Of a stretch of DNA of 64,000 bases, positions 48,388 through 58,729 are shown in pieces. Position 1 is the first letter of the stretch, and the number at the start of each line of letters is the position of its first letter. The notes under the pieces are model-generated. The model searched no databases, was not told the origin of the DNA, and saw nothing but the letters and a program-made list of their open reading frames with translations. The stretch covers positions 2,816,001 to 2,880,000 of the forward strand of contig CBDBCY010000004.1 of assembly GCA_965203555.1 (NCBI GenBank). The letters are read 5' to 3'. The stretch comes from Acidimicrobiia bacterium (GTDB taxonomy: Bacteria > Actinomycetota > Acidimicrobiia > Spongiisociales > ZC4RG35). Made by a program: the position numbers and the translations under genes.

Positions 48388-49227
48388 ATCGAATTACGCA
48401 GGACTTGGAGCTATCGGGGACCGGTTCGGGGAGTGATCCTCGACTGGAGCGGGACGGTCTGTGATGCATATGTGATGGCGCCCGCCCGGGGGTTCGTGGA
48501 AGTGTTCGGGGCGGCGGGGGTTGAGATAACCATGTCCGAGGCGCGGGAACCGATGGGCCTGCCCAAGGACCTTCACATCCGAGAGTTGCTGGGGGTCCCG
48601 GCCATCAGGAAGCGATGGAGGGCGGTGCACGGCCGGGAGCCCGACGACCGGGACGCCCGGGATCTGTTCGCCAGGTTCGAACCGCTGCAGATCGAATGCC
48701 TACCCGAATATGCGACGCTGCTGCCCGGTGCGGCGAGGATGGTTTCGAAATTGCAACGCGATTATGGCATCAAGATCGGCGTGACCACCGGCTTTATGCG
48801 TTCCATGGTGGACGTGTTGCTGGAACACGCCGCCGAGCAGGGCTTTTACCCTGACTGCACCGTGGCCGGCGACGAAGTAGCTCAAGGCGCCCGTCCCCGT
48901 CCGTTCATGATGTTCCGGAACCTGGAGCTCTTGGATTGCCATCCCGTGCGGTCGGTGGTGAAGGTGGACGACACGGTCTCCGGGGTGGGGGAGGGTCTGG
49001 AGGCGGGTTGTTGGTCGGTGGGGATCGCCCGATACAGCAACTACATGAACGCCGAGACCCTAGAGCAAGCCCGGTCCTGGTCGGCGGAGGAGGTGGCCGA
49101 ACGCCTCCGGAACGCCCGGCGTCTGCTGTGGGAGGCAGGCGCCCACTTCGTGATCGACGAACCGCCGGAATTGGTGGGGGTGGTGGACGAGATCAACCGG
49201 CGGCTGGCCAGGGGAGAGCAGCCTTGA
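48388..49227 (+). CDS. phnX: Phosphonoacetaldehyde hydrolase (phosphonatase)
   Basis: 'LDWSGT', 'AREPMGLPK..HIR', 'TTGF', 'RPRPFM', 'VKVDDT..GVGEG'; start codon unclear (ORF open from TTG 48325). Confidence 0.85.
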   Translation: MELRRTWSYRGPVRGVILDWSGTVCDAYVMAPARGFVEVFGAAGVEITMSEAREPMGLPKDLHIRELLGVPAIRKRWRAVHGREPDDRDARDLFARFEPLQIECLPEYATLLPGAARMVSKLQRDYGIKIGVTTGFMRSMVDVLLEHAAEQGFYPDCTVAGDEVAQGARPRPFMMFRNLELLDCHPVRSVVKVDDTVSGVGEGLEAGCWSVGIARYSNYMNAETLEQARSWSAEEVAERLRNARRLLWEAGAHFVIDEPPELVGVVDEINRRLARGEQP

Positions 49228-49338
49228 CAAGGGTGGCGCCATGTAAACGATCGGCCGTGGCAGCGCCGCCCCTCGGAGGGTGAACAGGCCGCTTCGGAGC
49301 ATTGAAGAGTTGAGTAGACGGGGGCTGATCTGCTGTGA

Positions 49339-50352
49339 TTGGTGAAGGTGGCTGCTAGTCTTGACTCCATGTTCGGAGCAGCGTCGCGCAAGGTCCGCCG
49401 TCGGCTCTTTTGGATGGTGCTGCTTATGATCATGGTGGGACTCTCCGCCTGCGGGAGCGATGACGAGGAGGTGGAGGGCGAGGAAGCGGCCGTGGAAGGC
49501 ACAGGCGCCACGGCGGCCGGTGAAGAGGCCGAATCACCCGACGGAGTGGAACAAACCACTGCTCCTCCCACCACCGAACTCACCACTACCACCACCACTG
49601 CTCCGCAACGACGCATGGGAGTGGTCCTGTTGGCCCCCGATGAGGCCAACAACAGCTTGAACGTGCGCGCCGGGCCGGGCACCCAGAACCCGGTGGTTAC
49701 CGAGTTGTCGCCCGCTCAGGCCGAGCTTGTTCCCACCGGCGCTATCGAAGTGGTGGATGGCCGGGTGTGGCATGAATTGGTCGCCCAGGATGTCGCAGGC
49801 TGGGCATACGGCTATTACCTCACCGAGACTTGGTCTCCTTCCGATGTCGAGCAGGAGTGGGACTGGAGGTCGGCTCTGGAGAACTTCGCCAATGCCCTGG
49901 TGCTGGGAGAAGGTTTAGAGGACACCGTTTCTTGGCGAGGATTGTTCGTGATCCATTTCGATGACAATCTGCGGCGCTGGACACCCGATGACCTGCCCCT
50001 GCTGCCCGAAGACGACAGCGACCTTAGATGGTCCAACACCGGGGCCTCGGCCAGTGAAGGGGAAGCCACGGTGGGGAGTTGGAAGGAAGTCATCGCCGAT
50101 CCGTTCCTGTCCGATTATCTCGACGAGGACGTGAACATCGGGGTGGGAGAACTGACTCTGGGCGCCAACTCAGTGCTGCCCGGTTCCGCCATCTCCTCGG
50201 CGTTCGCCAACTTCCCTTGGGTTGCCATCCACGATCCCGGGGACAACGAAGAATTCGCTGGACTTGACTGGTCCACATGGCTGGTTTTCCTGGAGATGGA
50301 AGAAGACGGTCCCAAGGTCGTGGGCCTGCAGCCCCAGGTCTCCTATCCCTGA
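49339..50352 (+). CDS. Lipoprotein with bacterial SH3 domain
   Basis: Lipobox LSAC, Thr-rich linker, 'LNVRAGPG', 'GWAYGYYL'; start uncertain. Confidence 0.75.
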   Translation: MVKVAASLDSMFGAASRKVRRRLFWMVLLMIMVGLSACGSDDEEVEGEEAAVEGTGATAAGEEAESPDGVEQTTAPPTTELTTTTTTAPQRRMGVVLLAPDEANNSLNVRAGPGTQNPVVTELSPAQAELVPTGAIEVVDGRVWHELVAQDVAGWAYGYYLTETWSPSDVEQEWDWRSALENFANALVLGEGLEDTVSWRGLFVIHFDDNLRRWTPDDLPLLPEDDSDLRWSNTGASASEGEATVGSWKEVIADPFLSDYLDEDVNIGVGELTLGANSVLPGSAISSAFANFPWVAIHDPGDNEEFAGLDWSTWLVFLEMEEDGPKVVGLQPQVSYP

Positions 50353-50686
50353 AACAGCCCAAGCCCTGGACTGACGCCACTGGAAACCTCGCCTCTCAAC
50401 GCTATGTCGCGAATTTCGGTTGCTACTCGCCTTTCACCACCCGGTGGCACCCTCGTTTGCCGCCGATCCTGGCCGTTTTCCCGGTATTTGATGTGGTAGC
50501 GACTTGCTCAACACCCCCACTACGTTCCTGAGGGTTGCGCAACCCTGACACAGTTGGGGGGATCCAGATGATCCTTGCGGTTGGCACACTGCCGAATGAA
50601 CCAGTCCCCAAGATTGGGGTGCTGGGGTACTATGGCTGGAATAGAGTTGGACATGGTGGGCGTGGAAGGGGTGTTGGTGGCGGCGC

Positions 50687-51622
50687 ATGTACGGAGCGGA
50701 TGCGATGGGAGTTGTTGATAGGGGTTTCGTGCCCACGCTGGCGAAGGCGGAGCGGGCTGCGAAGGTGGTGGCCGGGGAGGGAGCGGGAAGGGTGTTTTTG
50801 TTCGGGTCGGTTGCCCGGGGCAAGGCCCACTGTCACAGTGACATCGACTTGATGGTGATCTTTGATGATCTCGATTATGCCGTGCGGGAGGAGCTCACTT
50901 TGCAACTGGAGCGGTTGGCGGGTGCTGAGGTGGGCTGTTCCGTGGATGTGCATCTCACTGATCGTCCGGAGTGGAAGATGCGCACCGAGCAGGTGGTGAC
51001 CTCGTTTGAGAGCAGGGTGAAAAACCATGCGCTGTTGCTGGTGGACAGGGAACCGGGAGAGGTCGATTGGGACAAGGAGATGGTGATGCCGGCAAGCGAC
51101 TACGAAGAAGCAGTGGAACGGGTCCGCCAGGTAGGGAACGCGCTGGTGGCTATCCAGGGCCATTTGGTACCCACCGATTACCAGCAGCTCATGGAACAAA
51201 CCGGCCAGGAGATGGAGGCGTTCGCGGTTTACGAACAGAGACTCGCCCTGGGATGCGCGGCCGGGCACCTTACAGTGGAGACCGCGGTGAAGTCTCTGAT
51301 CCACCTGTCGGCGACTCCGCAGGCTCAGCCGTGGGGTCATGAAATAGACAAACTTCTTCCTCAGCTACCCGAACCGCACAGAAGCGAGATACAAACGCGT
51401 CTGGCATCGGTGGGTGTCAAGAACCTTCAGAAGTGGCAGCAACAGGCCCGTTACGAACGGTTTGTAACATCCAGCGTGGAGAGGTTCACCCAGATCGCCA
51501 AAGCCGCCTGCAGCGTGGCGCTATACACCGCGGATCAGTTCCCGCGGGAACTCGACGTCGCAACCCCGGTCTGGAGGAAGGTGTCATACATCGAACAGGT
51601 GATCGCCAGTCGCGACCTGTAA
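50687..51622 (+). CDS. Minimal nucleotidyltransferase fused to a HEPN-like domain
   Basis: 'LFGSVARG...SDIDL..VDV', then helical domain 'HLTVETAVKSL...WGHEIDKL...ARY'. Confidence 0.75.
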   Translation: MYGADAMGVVDRGFVPTLAKAERAAKVVAGEGAGRVFLFGSVARGKAHCHSDIDLMVIFDDLDYAVREELTLQLERLAGAEVGCSVDVHLTDRPEWKMRTEQVVTSFESRVKNHALLLVDREPGEVDWDKEMVMPASDYEEAVERVRQVGNALVAIQGHLVPTDYQQLMEQTGQEMEAFAVYEQRLALGCAAGHLTVETAVKSLIHLSATPQAQPWGHEIDKLLPQLPEPHRSEIQTRLASVGVKNLQKWQQQARYERFVTSSVERFTQIAKAACSVALYTADQFPRELDVATPVWRKVSYIEQVIASRDL

Positions 51623-51624
51623 AC

Positions 51625-51990
51625 CGGTCGTGACAGGTACGACACGCAAGGGCTGGGTCTGTCGTTCGATCTGTAAGCCCGGTGGCCTACTGCACGTCTG
51701 CTTGGCACGAATGTCATCCAGGGCCCAGTGGAAGCCAACCAGCAATGGGGACAAATAGGGACTCACCACAAGGCCCAGTGAATCCCCCCGCCCAGGATGA
51801 TCGCCGTTCACGCCCCCAACTGGAAGCCGGGAGGTCGAACCGAAGAACAGTGGCGATCCTGTCTCGCAACCTACGCCCAGCCAGTCCGCGGCTACAGCTT
51901 CACGAGGTCACCTCAGCGGATTCAATGGCGTGGGTGGCCCCCCTGTGGAACGAGAAGCCCGAGATGGCCCGCCTAGTGGACCGAGATCGA
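51625..51990 (+). pseudogene. Tyrosine integrase N-terminal remnant (Arm + SAM-like regions)
   Basis: Frameshifted pieces 'RYDTQGLGLSF', 'IAVHAPNWKPGGRTEEQWRSCLATYAQP', 'EVTSADSMAWVAPLWNEKPEMAR'. Confidence 0.65.
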
Positions 51991-52654
51991 GCTAGGGCGA
52001 CCTGTCCCTTATGAGCGGTGTGGTTAGGTGTGCCCCCACGTTGTGGAATCGGTCGATTCTGGATGAGCTTGGCTGTCAAGCCCTGATCTCCTCCTTGGGT
52101 TACCGGGGTGCTAGTCCCACTGCTCGGGAGCATGGCCATAGGTGGTGGCGGTTCCTCTCCCGTACCATCGGGGTTCACCACAACCATGGAAACCTATGGG
52201 ACCACCCTCATGGGAATCTCGACTACCTTCGCCGCAGGGGTTTCAATCGGGTTGACCATCCTCTACCCCGGATGCCCGCCCACCGGTGCGACTCCCTGGC
52301 GCTCTGCTACGGCGTAATGTGGTGGACGATCACCACCGGAGCCTGGACAGCTAATTGCAGGCGTGTCCTGGATGATTCTCCGGGTAGTGACCACCTTGGG
52401 ACGGCAGTGGAGGCACAGCCCGACAGCACGAGAGTGGTCACCGGACACGGGTCCAACCAATGCAGCGGTTTCGCATTGGCCATGCCGCCCAGCGGTTGGC
52501 AGCATGGCCCCGTGTTGAATCTGCCGCCAATCCCCAAGAAGCCGCTAGTTGATCGGTTTGGACCGGGGGTTCTTCCAATAAAGTGACTTGCTGTCAGAGA
52601 GGCTGATGACGATCATCACGCCACCGTTCTACTGGGTTCCCGGGAGGCTTTCTT

Positions 52655-53677
52655 CTATTGGTCGGGCCAGCCTTCAGCTCGCTCGCCGCCGTCAAGGGCT
52701 TCCCGAATGGCGGTAGCCGCTTGGTCGGTCACCCACTGGCGCCACACATCAGGGTTGTTGTTCAACCACCAGATCGCGGTGTCGGCATGGCTGGCGTCGT
52801 TGTCGATCCGCCATATAGACATTGATGCGTACTGGTCGGCACTCACATCCCACTTTCGTAACATGTCGGCCACTTCGGGAGAGCCCATCAGTAGTTCAGG
52901 ACGCACCGCGATCAGGAGAGTCGTTTCATCGTAAGCGCAGGCTTTGGTGGTAGCCCAGCACTGGTCGCTGTAAGGAGGTTCTTCCAAGTGGACCATGTCC
53001 AACTTCAACGAGGGGGCCATGCTGCTGTCCAGGTAACCCAGCCAGGGCACCTTTTTCTCATAGCTTTCGAATAGCTCGCTGTGCAACACCCCTTCGGATT
53101 CGGGCACAACGATGTGCACATGATCGGAAAGGCCATAGCTGTCGACTTGGACTTCGTTCACCACGTTGCAGGCCCAACCATCAGGACAAGAAACGAGCCT
53201 GGCCTTGCCGCCACTCTCGGAGGTGGCGAACAGCTTCTGGTAACGCTCCTCTTTCAGGTCTTCAACGCTGTCCAGCTCCGGATACGCCTCCTGCACATAA
53301 GCGGGGATCATGAACGCCGATTGCGAGAGTTTGCTCAAGCTTTCGCCCAAGGACACTACCTCGCCTGCTACCGTGGCTTCCTCCCAGGCTTCGCGGGCGT
53401 TGGGCAACCACAGCTCCATCATCACGTCGCTGTCGCCCCGTCTCAGCGCGGGGATCGCCACTGTCGTGCCCCCTTGGATCACATCAGTGGAATAGCCATA
53501 GCCTTTTTCAACGATGTACTGAGCGATGCGGTTCTGCGACAACGCGCTGTCCCAGCCGAGATCACTAAAAACAATGGGATCCTTGGGGTCGTCGGATGTG
53601 GAGGAACAGGCCCCGATCGCGAGAACCGCCACCACCGCCGCCGCTGCCCTCATCACCGGTCCGCAATTCATCTTCAT
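52655..53677 (-). CDS. Glycine betaine/proline ABC substrate-binding lipoprotein (ProX/OpuAC-like), orphan
   Basis: Lipobox IGAC, 'FSDLGWDS', 'DVMMELW', 'CPDGWAC', 'LEEPPY'. Confidence 0.85.
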   Translation of the reverse strand: MKMNCGPVMRAAAAVVAVLAIGACSSTSDDPKDPIVFSDLGWDSALSQNRIAQYIVEKGYGYSTDVIQGGTTVAIPALRRGDSDVMMELWLPNAREAWEEATVAGEVVSLGESLSKLSQSAFMIPAYVQEAYPELDSVEDLKEERYQKLFATSESGGKARLVSCPDGWACNVVNEVQVDSYGLSDHVHIVVPESEGVLHSELFESYEKKVPWLGYLDSSMAPSLKLDMVHLEEPPYSDQCWATTKACAYDETTLLIAVRPELLMGSPEVADMLRKWDVSADQYASMSIWRIDNDASHADTAIWWLNNNPDVWRQWVTDQAATAIREALDGGERAEGWPDQ

Positions 53678-53779
53678 AAGTTCCTTCCCCCACTCTAACC
53701 AACGCCTATACACAGGTGGAACCCTGCGCTCCTGGGTCACATCACTACCGCCGTGGGGTGTCTGGGGTGGGTTGGTCAA

Positions 53780-54075
53780 GAGTCGGTAGATCTCACGAGC
53801 GGTTTACCCTTTTCGGGCAGCGGATGACTTCCCGGCGGGTTTGCCTTCCGCCCGGCGTCTTTCGACATACTCGATGGTGTGTTGGTCTCGGACCATGCGT
53901 ACTGTGACGATCCGCCACCAGGGCGTTGTTGGGTGGCGGTTACCTGCCCGGTTGAGGCGATAGCGGACGATTCGTCCCGAGGACGCTTGGTGGGGGATCG
54001 TGCCGCGCAGTGCAGCGAAGGACCCTTCCGAGGTCATGCGTTCGGGGTTGTCACCGGCCGTGCTCAGTGGGGTGG
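53780..54075 (-). pseudogene. IS110 family transposase C-terminal remnant
   Basis: 'AGDNPERMTSEGSFAAL.G...ASSGRIVRYRLNRAGNR...VRMVRD..TIEYVERRRAEGK'. Confidence 0.8.
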
Positions 54076-54172
54076 GGCGGTGTCTGGACCGATGGGTTGA
54101 AGATCGACGACCCGGCGTCCGGTCTGCGATTGGCTGCGAGCCACGGGGTCGCCGCAGCCTGGTTTACACGCA

Positions 54173-54724
54173 TCAACTGGGTGGATGACCGACTGCTTCA
54201 TCTACAAGCGGGGCCAGATCCTTCCATGTTGTGAGAATGGTCTCCACTATGTAGTCGCGGTATTCCTTGAGGTTGTCATCCTCCCAAAACCTACCTTTCG
54301 GAGGATCCAGGTTCCGATAGGCTGGCCACCACCGGGTGGATTGTGGATAGGCGGGACGAGCCTCCTTGGTGAAGGGCGACCTATACCTTTCCACATTCGT
54401 CCTGACTCCGCTGATCAGCGACCCATGAGGAGGGAAAAACGCCGACTTGCGATACCATTCCAATCTCACAACCGGGTCATTCTTGCCCTTCGGCCAACCG
54501 TGTCGGCGCAGGCCCAGACCTGGCCAGTTTCCTCCGATTCGAAACGACTCTACGCTGTCTTCAGCGATCCTTCCGCTTGTTAGGGCCGCGTCGAGATCGC
54601 CTTTGAGACTGCGGTAGAATCGATGCACGAACTTCGACACTTCGGCTTCTAGAGCAGCCCACTCTCTGATCCGCGCTTCATGCTCCAGAAAGAACTTGAC
54701 CTGTTCGTCTTCGATCCGATTCAT
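54173..54724 (-). CDS. Hypothetical protein coupled to the PD-(D/E)XK nuclease
   Basis: 183 aa ORF whose ATG overlaps the upstream TGA. Confidence 0.65.
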   Translation of the reverse strand: MNRIEDEQVKFFLEHEARIREWAALEAEVSKFVHRFYRSLKGDLDAALTSGRIAEDSVESFRIGGNWPGLGLRRHGWPKGKNDPVVRLEWYRKSAFFPPHGSLISGVRTNVERYRSPFTKEARPAYPQSTRWWPAYRNLDPPKGRFWEDDNLKEYRDYIVETILTTWKDLAPLVDEAVGHPPS

Positions 54725-55470
54725 CCGAACTGCTCCTTTAGCGTCCGCAGGTAATTCTTGACGACATCAATAGCGCTGGCAACCTCAGTGGCAGACCGTG
54801 ATTCGTTCAGGGCCTCCTCCAACATCGCCCGAACCTCGGGCCACGAGAGGGTCTTGAAAGCACGTTGGGAGCACCGTGTGGTCGCCGTGTGCGGTCTCCG
54901 ACCGTCGGGGGTCAGAAACACGAAAAGAGGCGCCTTCTCGTTCTTGAAGTTCTCGTACAAATCGTCGCACTGGCTCGGCTGCTCTGACGCGTCAACCTTG
55001 TTCTCGATGACGAGCGTGAAGCTCCCGCCCCACACGACGAGGTCGGCCTCTCTGTCATTCCGCCACTCGGAAAACACCACCTTCCTCACCGCCGGTGGGA
55101 CGGACACCGGTGCCCCGGTGCAGTGTTCCACCAAACGCTCCACGAGCCCACAACCCAACCCGTGCCGGGCCGTCGGCGTCAACAGCCATCCCAGCAGGCG
55201 AGAATGGGTGTTCTCGTGGCGTGCTAAACCCACGATCTCAAAAAAGTCCGACGGCCCGGTCAACCACAGCCCGTCCGAAACGAGACGGTCATGCCGCTGG
55301 CGCATCTCCGTCATGGCCTCACGCCACTCGGCAAGGAGCCTCCTCGTCCGGCGCACGGCGATCTCGTCCCATTCACGATCCATTGTCCGAATGGTCCCCC
55401 GCCAGTCGGCCAAGCGCGTACTTGCCCGGCGCGCGGCGATCCCGTCCCACTCGCGCTCCATCGCACACAT
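54721..55470 (-). CDS. PD-(D/E)XK nuclease superfamily protein (PDDEXK_4-like)
   Basis: 'HENTHSRLLGWLL.P...HGLG', 'ADLVV', 'VIENKVDA.EQPSQ', 'VFLTPDG'; GGGAGG RBS before ATG 55470. Confidence 0.8.
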   Translation of the reverse strand: MCAMEREWDGIAARRASTRLADWRGTIRTMDREWDEIAVRRTRRLLAEWREAMTEMRQRHDRLVSDGLWLTGPSDFFEIVGLARHENTHSRLLGWLLTPTARHGLGCGLVERLVEHCTGAPVSVPPAVRKVVFSEWRNDREADLVVWGGSFTLVIENKVDASEQPSQCDDLYENFKNEKAPLFVFLTPDGRRPHTATTRCSQRAFKTLSWPEVRAMLEEALNESRSATEVASAIDVVKNYLRTLKEQFG

Positions 55471-55541
55471 GCGCGCCTCCCACAAGAGGACTCGATTAAC
55501 CGGTGTGCCTATAGGGGGTATGTCCGAAAACGATAGCGACC

Positions 55542-55625
55542 TCACATCTCCCGCACCCGCCCCAGCAGCGGCACGCGGCGCTCGCCCGGACTCTTCATCC
55601 GCTCCGCCGGGATCGTCCACTCCCC
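55542..55625 (-). pseudogene. Tyrosine integrase catalytic-domain fragment
   Basis: 'GEWTIPAERMKSPGERRVPLLGR', matching the P4-type motif WxIPxERMK...HRVPL. Confidence 0.7.
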
Positions 55626-55767
55626 GCACTTGATGCAACCCAGCACGTCCGCCCCTACGGGTCGCCCTAAGCGAAGTTATCGGTCCTGCTTTTTCGGATG
55701 TGAATTGCTTCAGCACCCGATTATGGAGGACCCTCCCTTTACAATCGAAGGATTCCAAACTCCCGCC

Positions 55768-56119
55768 CTATTTTCCCGAAGATCCACTTTGTGATGGAGC
55801 TGCCTGGCTTCGGTCTGCTTTAATCTCTACACCGGTCGGGTTTGCCGTGATGTGGTCAATCCCCTCTTGGAATCCATAGGCGATGACCAGTCCTGAGTTT
55901 TCGGCGACATACAGCCCTGTATCGTTCCCATCGAGAAGCACGGGATTCGGTTGGAAGCGATAGCTGGAGACGACCCCCGCAACCTGGAAATTGCTGCTGT
56001 CTCGGGGCTTGAATACGACGGGTCCTCCCGAGAAGCCGGGGATGTTGTGGCCGTCGATCACAAGCACCGTGGGCCCGCTCTGAGCGAGAACCCCTGCGAG
56101 AGTGCCCTGCCCGCACTAG
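55768..56119 (-). pseudogene. Trypsin-like serine protease, 3' part (after the IS1182 insertion)
   Basis: 'IDGHNIPGFSGGPVVF...VAGVVS' with catalytic Ser; one extra G near 56107. Confidence 0.8.
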
Positions 56120-56190
56120 GAGGCTGCTGATTTATTCGGGTGGGTGAGATGCTTGGTTTGGGGGGGTGGGTTGTGGGATAATTTTGGGGT

Positions 56191-57809
56191 ATGTTGGGTG
56201 TTGAACGTTTTGATCGGGAGTTGTTGGACGCGATGGCGGTGTGCGGTGATCTGGTGCCGGAGGGGTCGGTTTACCGGTTTTTGGCCGAGCATCGGACTGG
56301 GGTGTTCCCGGATGGGTTGTTCGAGGATTTGTTCGGCCCTCGGGGTCGTCCGTCGGTTCCGGGGTCGGTGGTGGCGACGGTGATGGTGTTACAGGCTTTG
56401 GAGGGCCTGTCCGATCGGGAGGCGAATGGGTCGGTTGCGGTGTGATATTCGGTGGAAGGCCGCGGCGGGTTTGTCTCTGGTGGATGGGGGGTTTCATCCG
56501 ACGGTGTTGACGCTGTGGCGGGCAAGACTACGCAAAAGTGAGACACCGGAGCGGATTTTCGACGCGGTTAGGAAAGTGGTGGACGAGACCGGGATATTGA
56601 GAGGTCGTCGCAGGCGGGTGTTGGACTCTACGATCTTGGATGATGCGGTGGTCACCCAGGACACGGTGACCATGATCTGTGCCCAGATACGCAAGGTTCG
56701 CCGTTTGATACCCCGAGCGCGGCAGGTGGTGTTGTCTCGTGATCTGTGAACAGGCTGGTAAGCCGTCGTGTGACTGGTCGGATCCGCAGAGTCGTTCCAA
56801 CCTGATCGACGGGTTGGTCACCGATGGGCAGGCGGTGCTGGACGCGGTCGGAGGTATCGATCTGGATGCTGGGCAGTCGGAGGCGGTGGGGTTGTTGGGG
56901 GTGGTGGTCGGCCAGGACGTGGAACCGGACCCCGATCGGGAGGGAAGATGGCGTATCGCTCGGCGGGTGGCTTCGGGTCGGACGATCTCGGTGGTCGACC
57001 CGCAGGCTCGTCACGGACGCAAAACATCGTCGCAGCGTCGCGACGGTTACAAGGCTCACATAGCTGCCGAACCGGAGACGGGGATCATCACCGTCGTTGA
57101 GGTCACCGCCGCCAACACCCCCGACGGGGAGACCGGCGCGAGAATGCTGCAAAAAGACAAACCAGCTGGCACGGACGACACCCACGATCCGGCTGGCATG
57201 GATGATCCGGCTGGTGTGGACGATCCGGCTGGTGTGGACGATCCGGCTGGTGTGGAGGTCATCGCTGATTCGGCGTACGGGTCGGGCGAGGTTCGCGCCA
57301 AGTTGAAGAAGGCCGGGTATACCACCACTGTGAAACCGATACCTTTGCGTGGTAACTATCGGTTGGGCAGTGACCAGTTCACCCGGGACGATTTCGAGGT
57401 GGATCACGACCGAAAACAGATCACCTGCCCGGCCGGGGTGACGGTGAACATCAGCCCCAAAGGCTGGGCCCGGTTCGCAAAACACTGCACCGGTTGTGGT
57501 TTTCGGAGTCGTTGCACCACCAACCGACGGGGTCGCCAGATGCGGATCCACCCCCATGACCGGTTACTGGTCCAAGCCCGCCGAAAATGGAAAGATCCCC
57601 CGACCAAACACCGGTACAACAAGTACCGGTCGACGGTTGAGCGGTTGATCGCTCACTTGGTTGCCAACGGCCACCGCAAACTCCGCTACCGGGGCACCGC
57701 TCGAAACCGGCAACAACTACACACCCGCGTAGCGGCGATCAACCTGCGCAGGCTCATCAACCTCGGACTGCACCCCACCACCACCGGATGGGCCACCAAC
57801 CCGATCTAA
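56191..57809 (+). pseudogene. IS1182-family DDE transposase, frameshifts near 56425 and 56745
   Basis: 'GRPSVP...LSDREA', 'LDST', 'VDPQARHGRK..DGYKAH', 'ADSAYG', 'CPAG', 'RSTVER'. Confidence 0.88.
57183..57254 (+). repeat. 4 x 18 bp in-frame tandem repeat (DDPAGV) inside the transposase
   Basis: gacgatccggctggtgtg units at 57183, 57201, 57219, 57237. Confidence 0.9.
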
Positions 57810-57952
57810 AACCCGGGGACCCCCAACAGAGAACAAGCAAACACTGGAGCACACCGGCCACCACCCCCCGGAACCGGTGCGCCCACCGCTCCGCTCTTCG
57901 AGATCAAGCCCAGTGACCCACCACCACCCCAACACCAATACTCAGCAGCCTC

Positions 57953-58337
57953 CTAGCGGCATCGGGAATCCAGCACTCTCCGGAAACGCAAGGAGTTCCA
58001 TCTCTGTGAAGCCCGAGAAGTAGACCTGCTGCCCTACGGATATACCACTCGGCGTGGGCTCCAAGGCCGTGTTCGCGTGAGACAACTGCTGTGGTGGCGC
58101 AAGGATCGCTACATCGACCGGGGATTCTGATAGCCAAGCAATCTGCACCTGCAATGGCTTCCAGTCTCCGTCGTGGTGTATCTCAACTGCCGCCTCGTCA
58201 CCGGTGAGCAGGCCATCCACAACGTGGCGGGCTGTGACGAGGTACTGGCGTGATGCGATGTCAATTGTGAAACAGGTGCCTATGGTGTCTCCGTGCTCCA
58301 GCCGGAAAGTGCAATGGATGACATTGCTGCTGATAAT
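57953..58337 (-). pseudogene. Trypsin-like serine protease, 5' part
   Basis: 'GTCFTI...YLVTARHVV' (His), 'VDVAIL' (Asp), 'GQQVYFSGF...FPMPL' ending at the CTAG target. Confidence 0.8.
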
Positions 58338-58729
58338 GAGTGCCCGCCTGCTAACTGTCCTAAAGACCGCCCGAACTGTGCTTTCGGCAGTCTGGTGGAG
58401 CCGTGATGATACCTCAGGCAGACGCGGCATCTCGGCGCTTGCTCGGGCCGATACGTCACATTCCCGCTGACTGGCCGGGAACCTCAAAACCGGCTCCGGC
58501 ATTAGAAGTGACACTCATTCGTGCCATCTGTACATTGACCTGGGATAAATCTTCTAGCGGAGGCGGACGAGGCATGGCAGCACCAGCGCCTGCAGTATCA
58601 AGGGTCCCTTTTGGTACGGACCAGGAGTTGGTTGCTGAGGGGATTCCTGTGCTAGGCGTCTGACCCTTTCCAGCGGGGTTAGAAGCCTATGGATAGACCG
58701 CGGTGTGTTCCTCTTCTCGTTCCGCTAGT

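Larger units (their letters stand above)
56120..57952 (+). mobile_element. IS1182-family insertion sequence (1833 bp) with CTAG target duplication
   Basis: Ends GAGGCTGCTGA / TCAGCAGCCTC; CTAG at 56116-56119 and 57953-57956. Confidence 0.9.

Noticed and set aside
52011-52586. Possible CDS(s) between the integrase remnant and the inverted repeat
   Set aside because: Only short hydrophobic fragments in mixed frames; no family recognised, so left uncalled
56420-56750. Programmed ribosomal frameshifting in the IS1182 transposase
   Set aside because: No slippery heptamer at either site, and IS1182 transposases are normally single ORFs; indels are more likely
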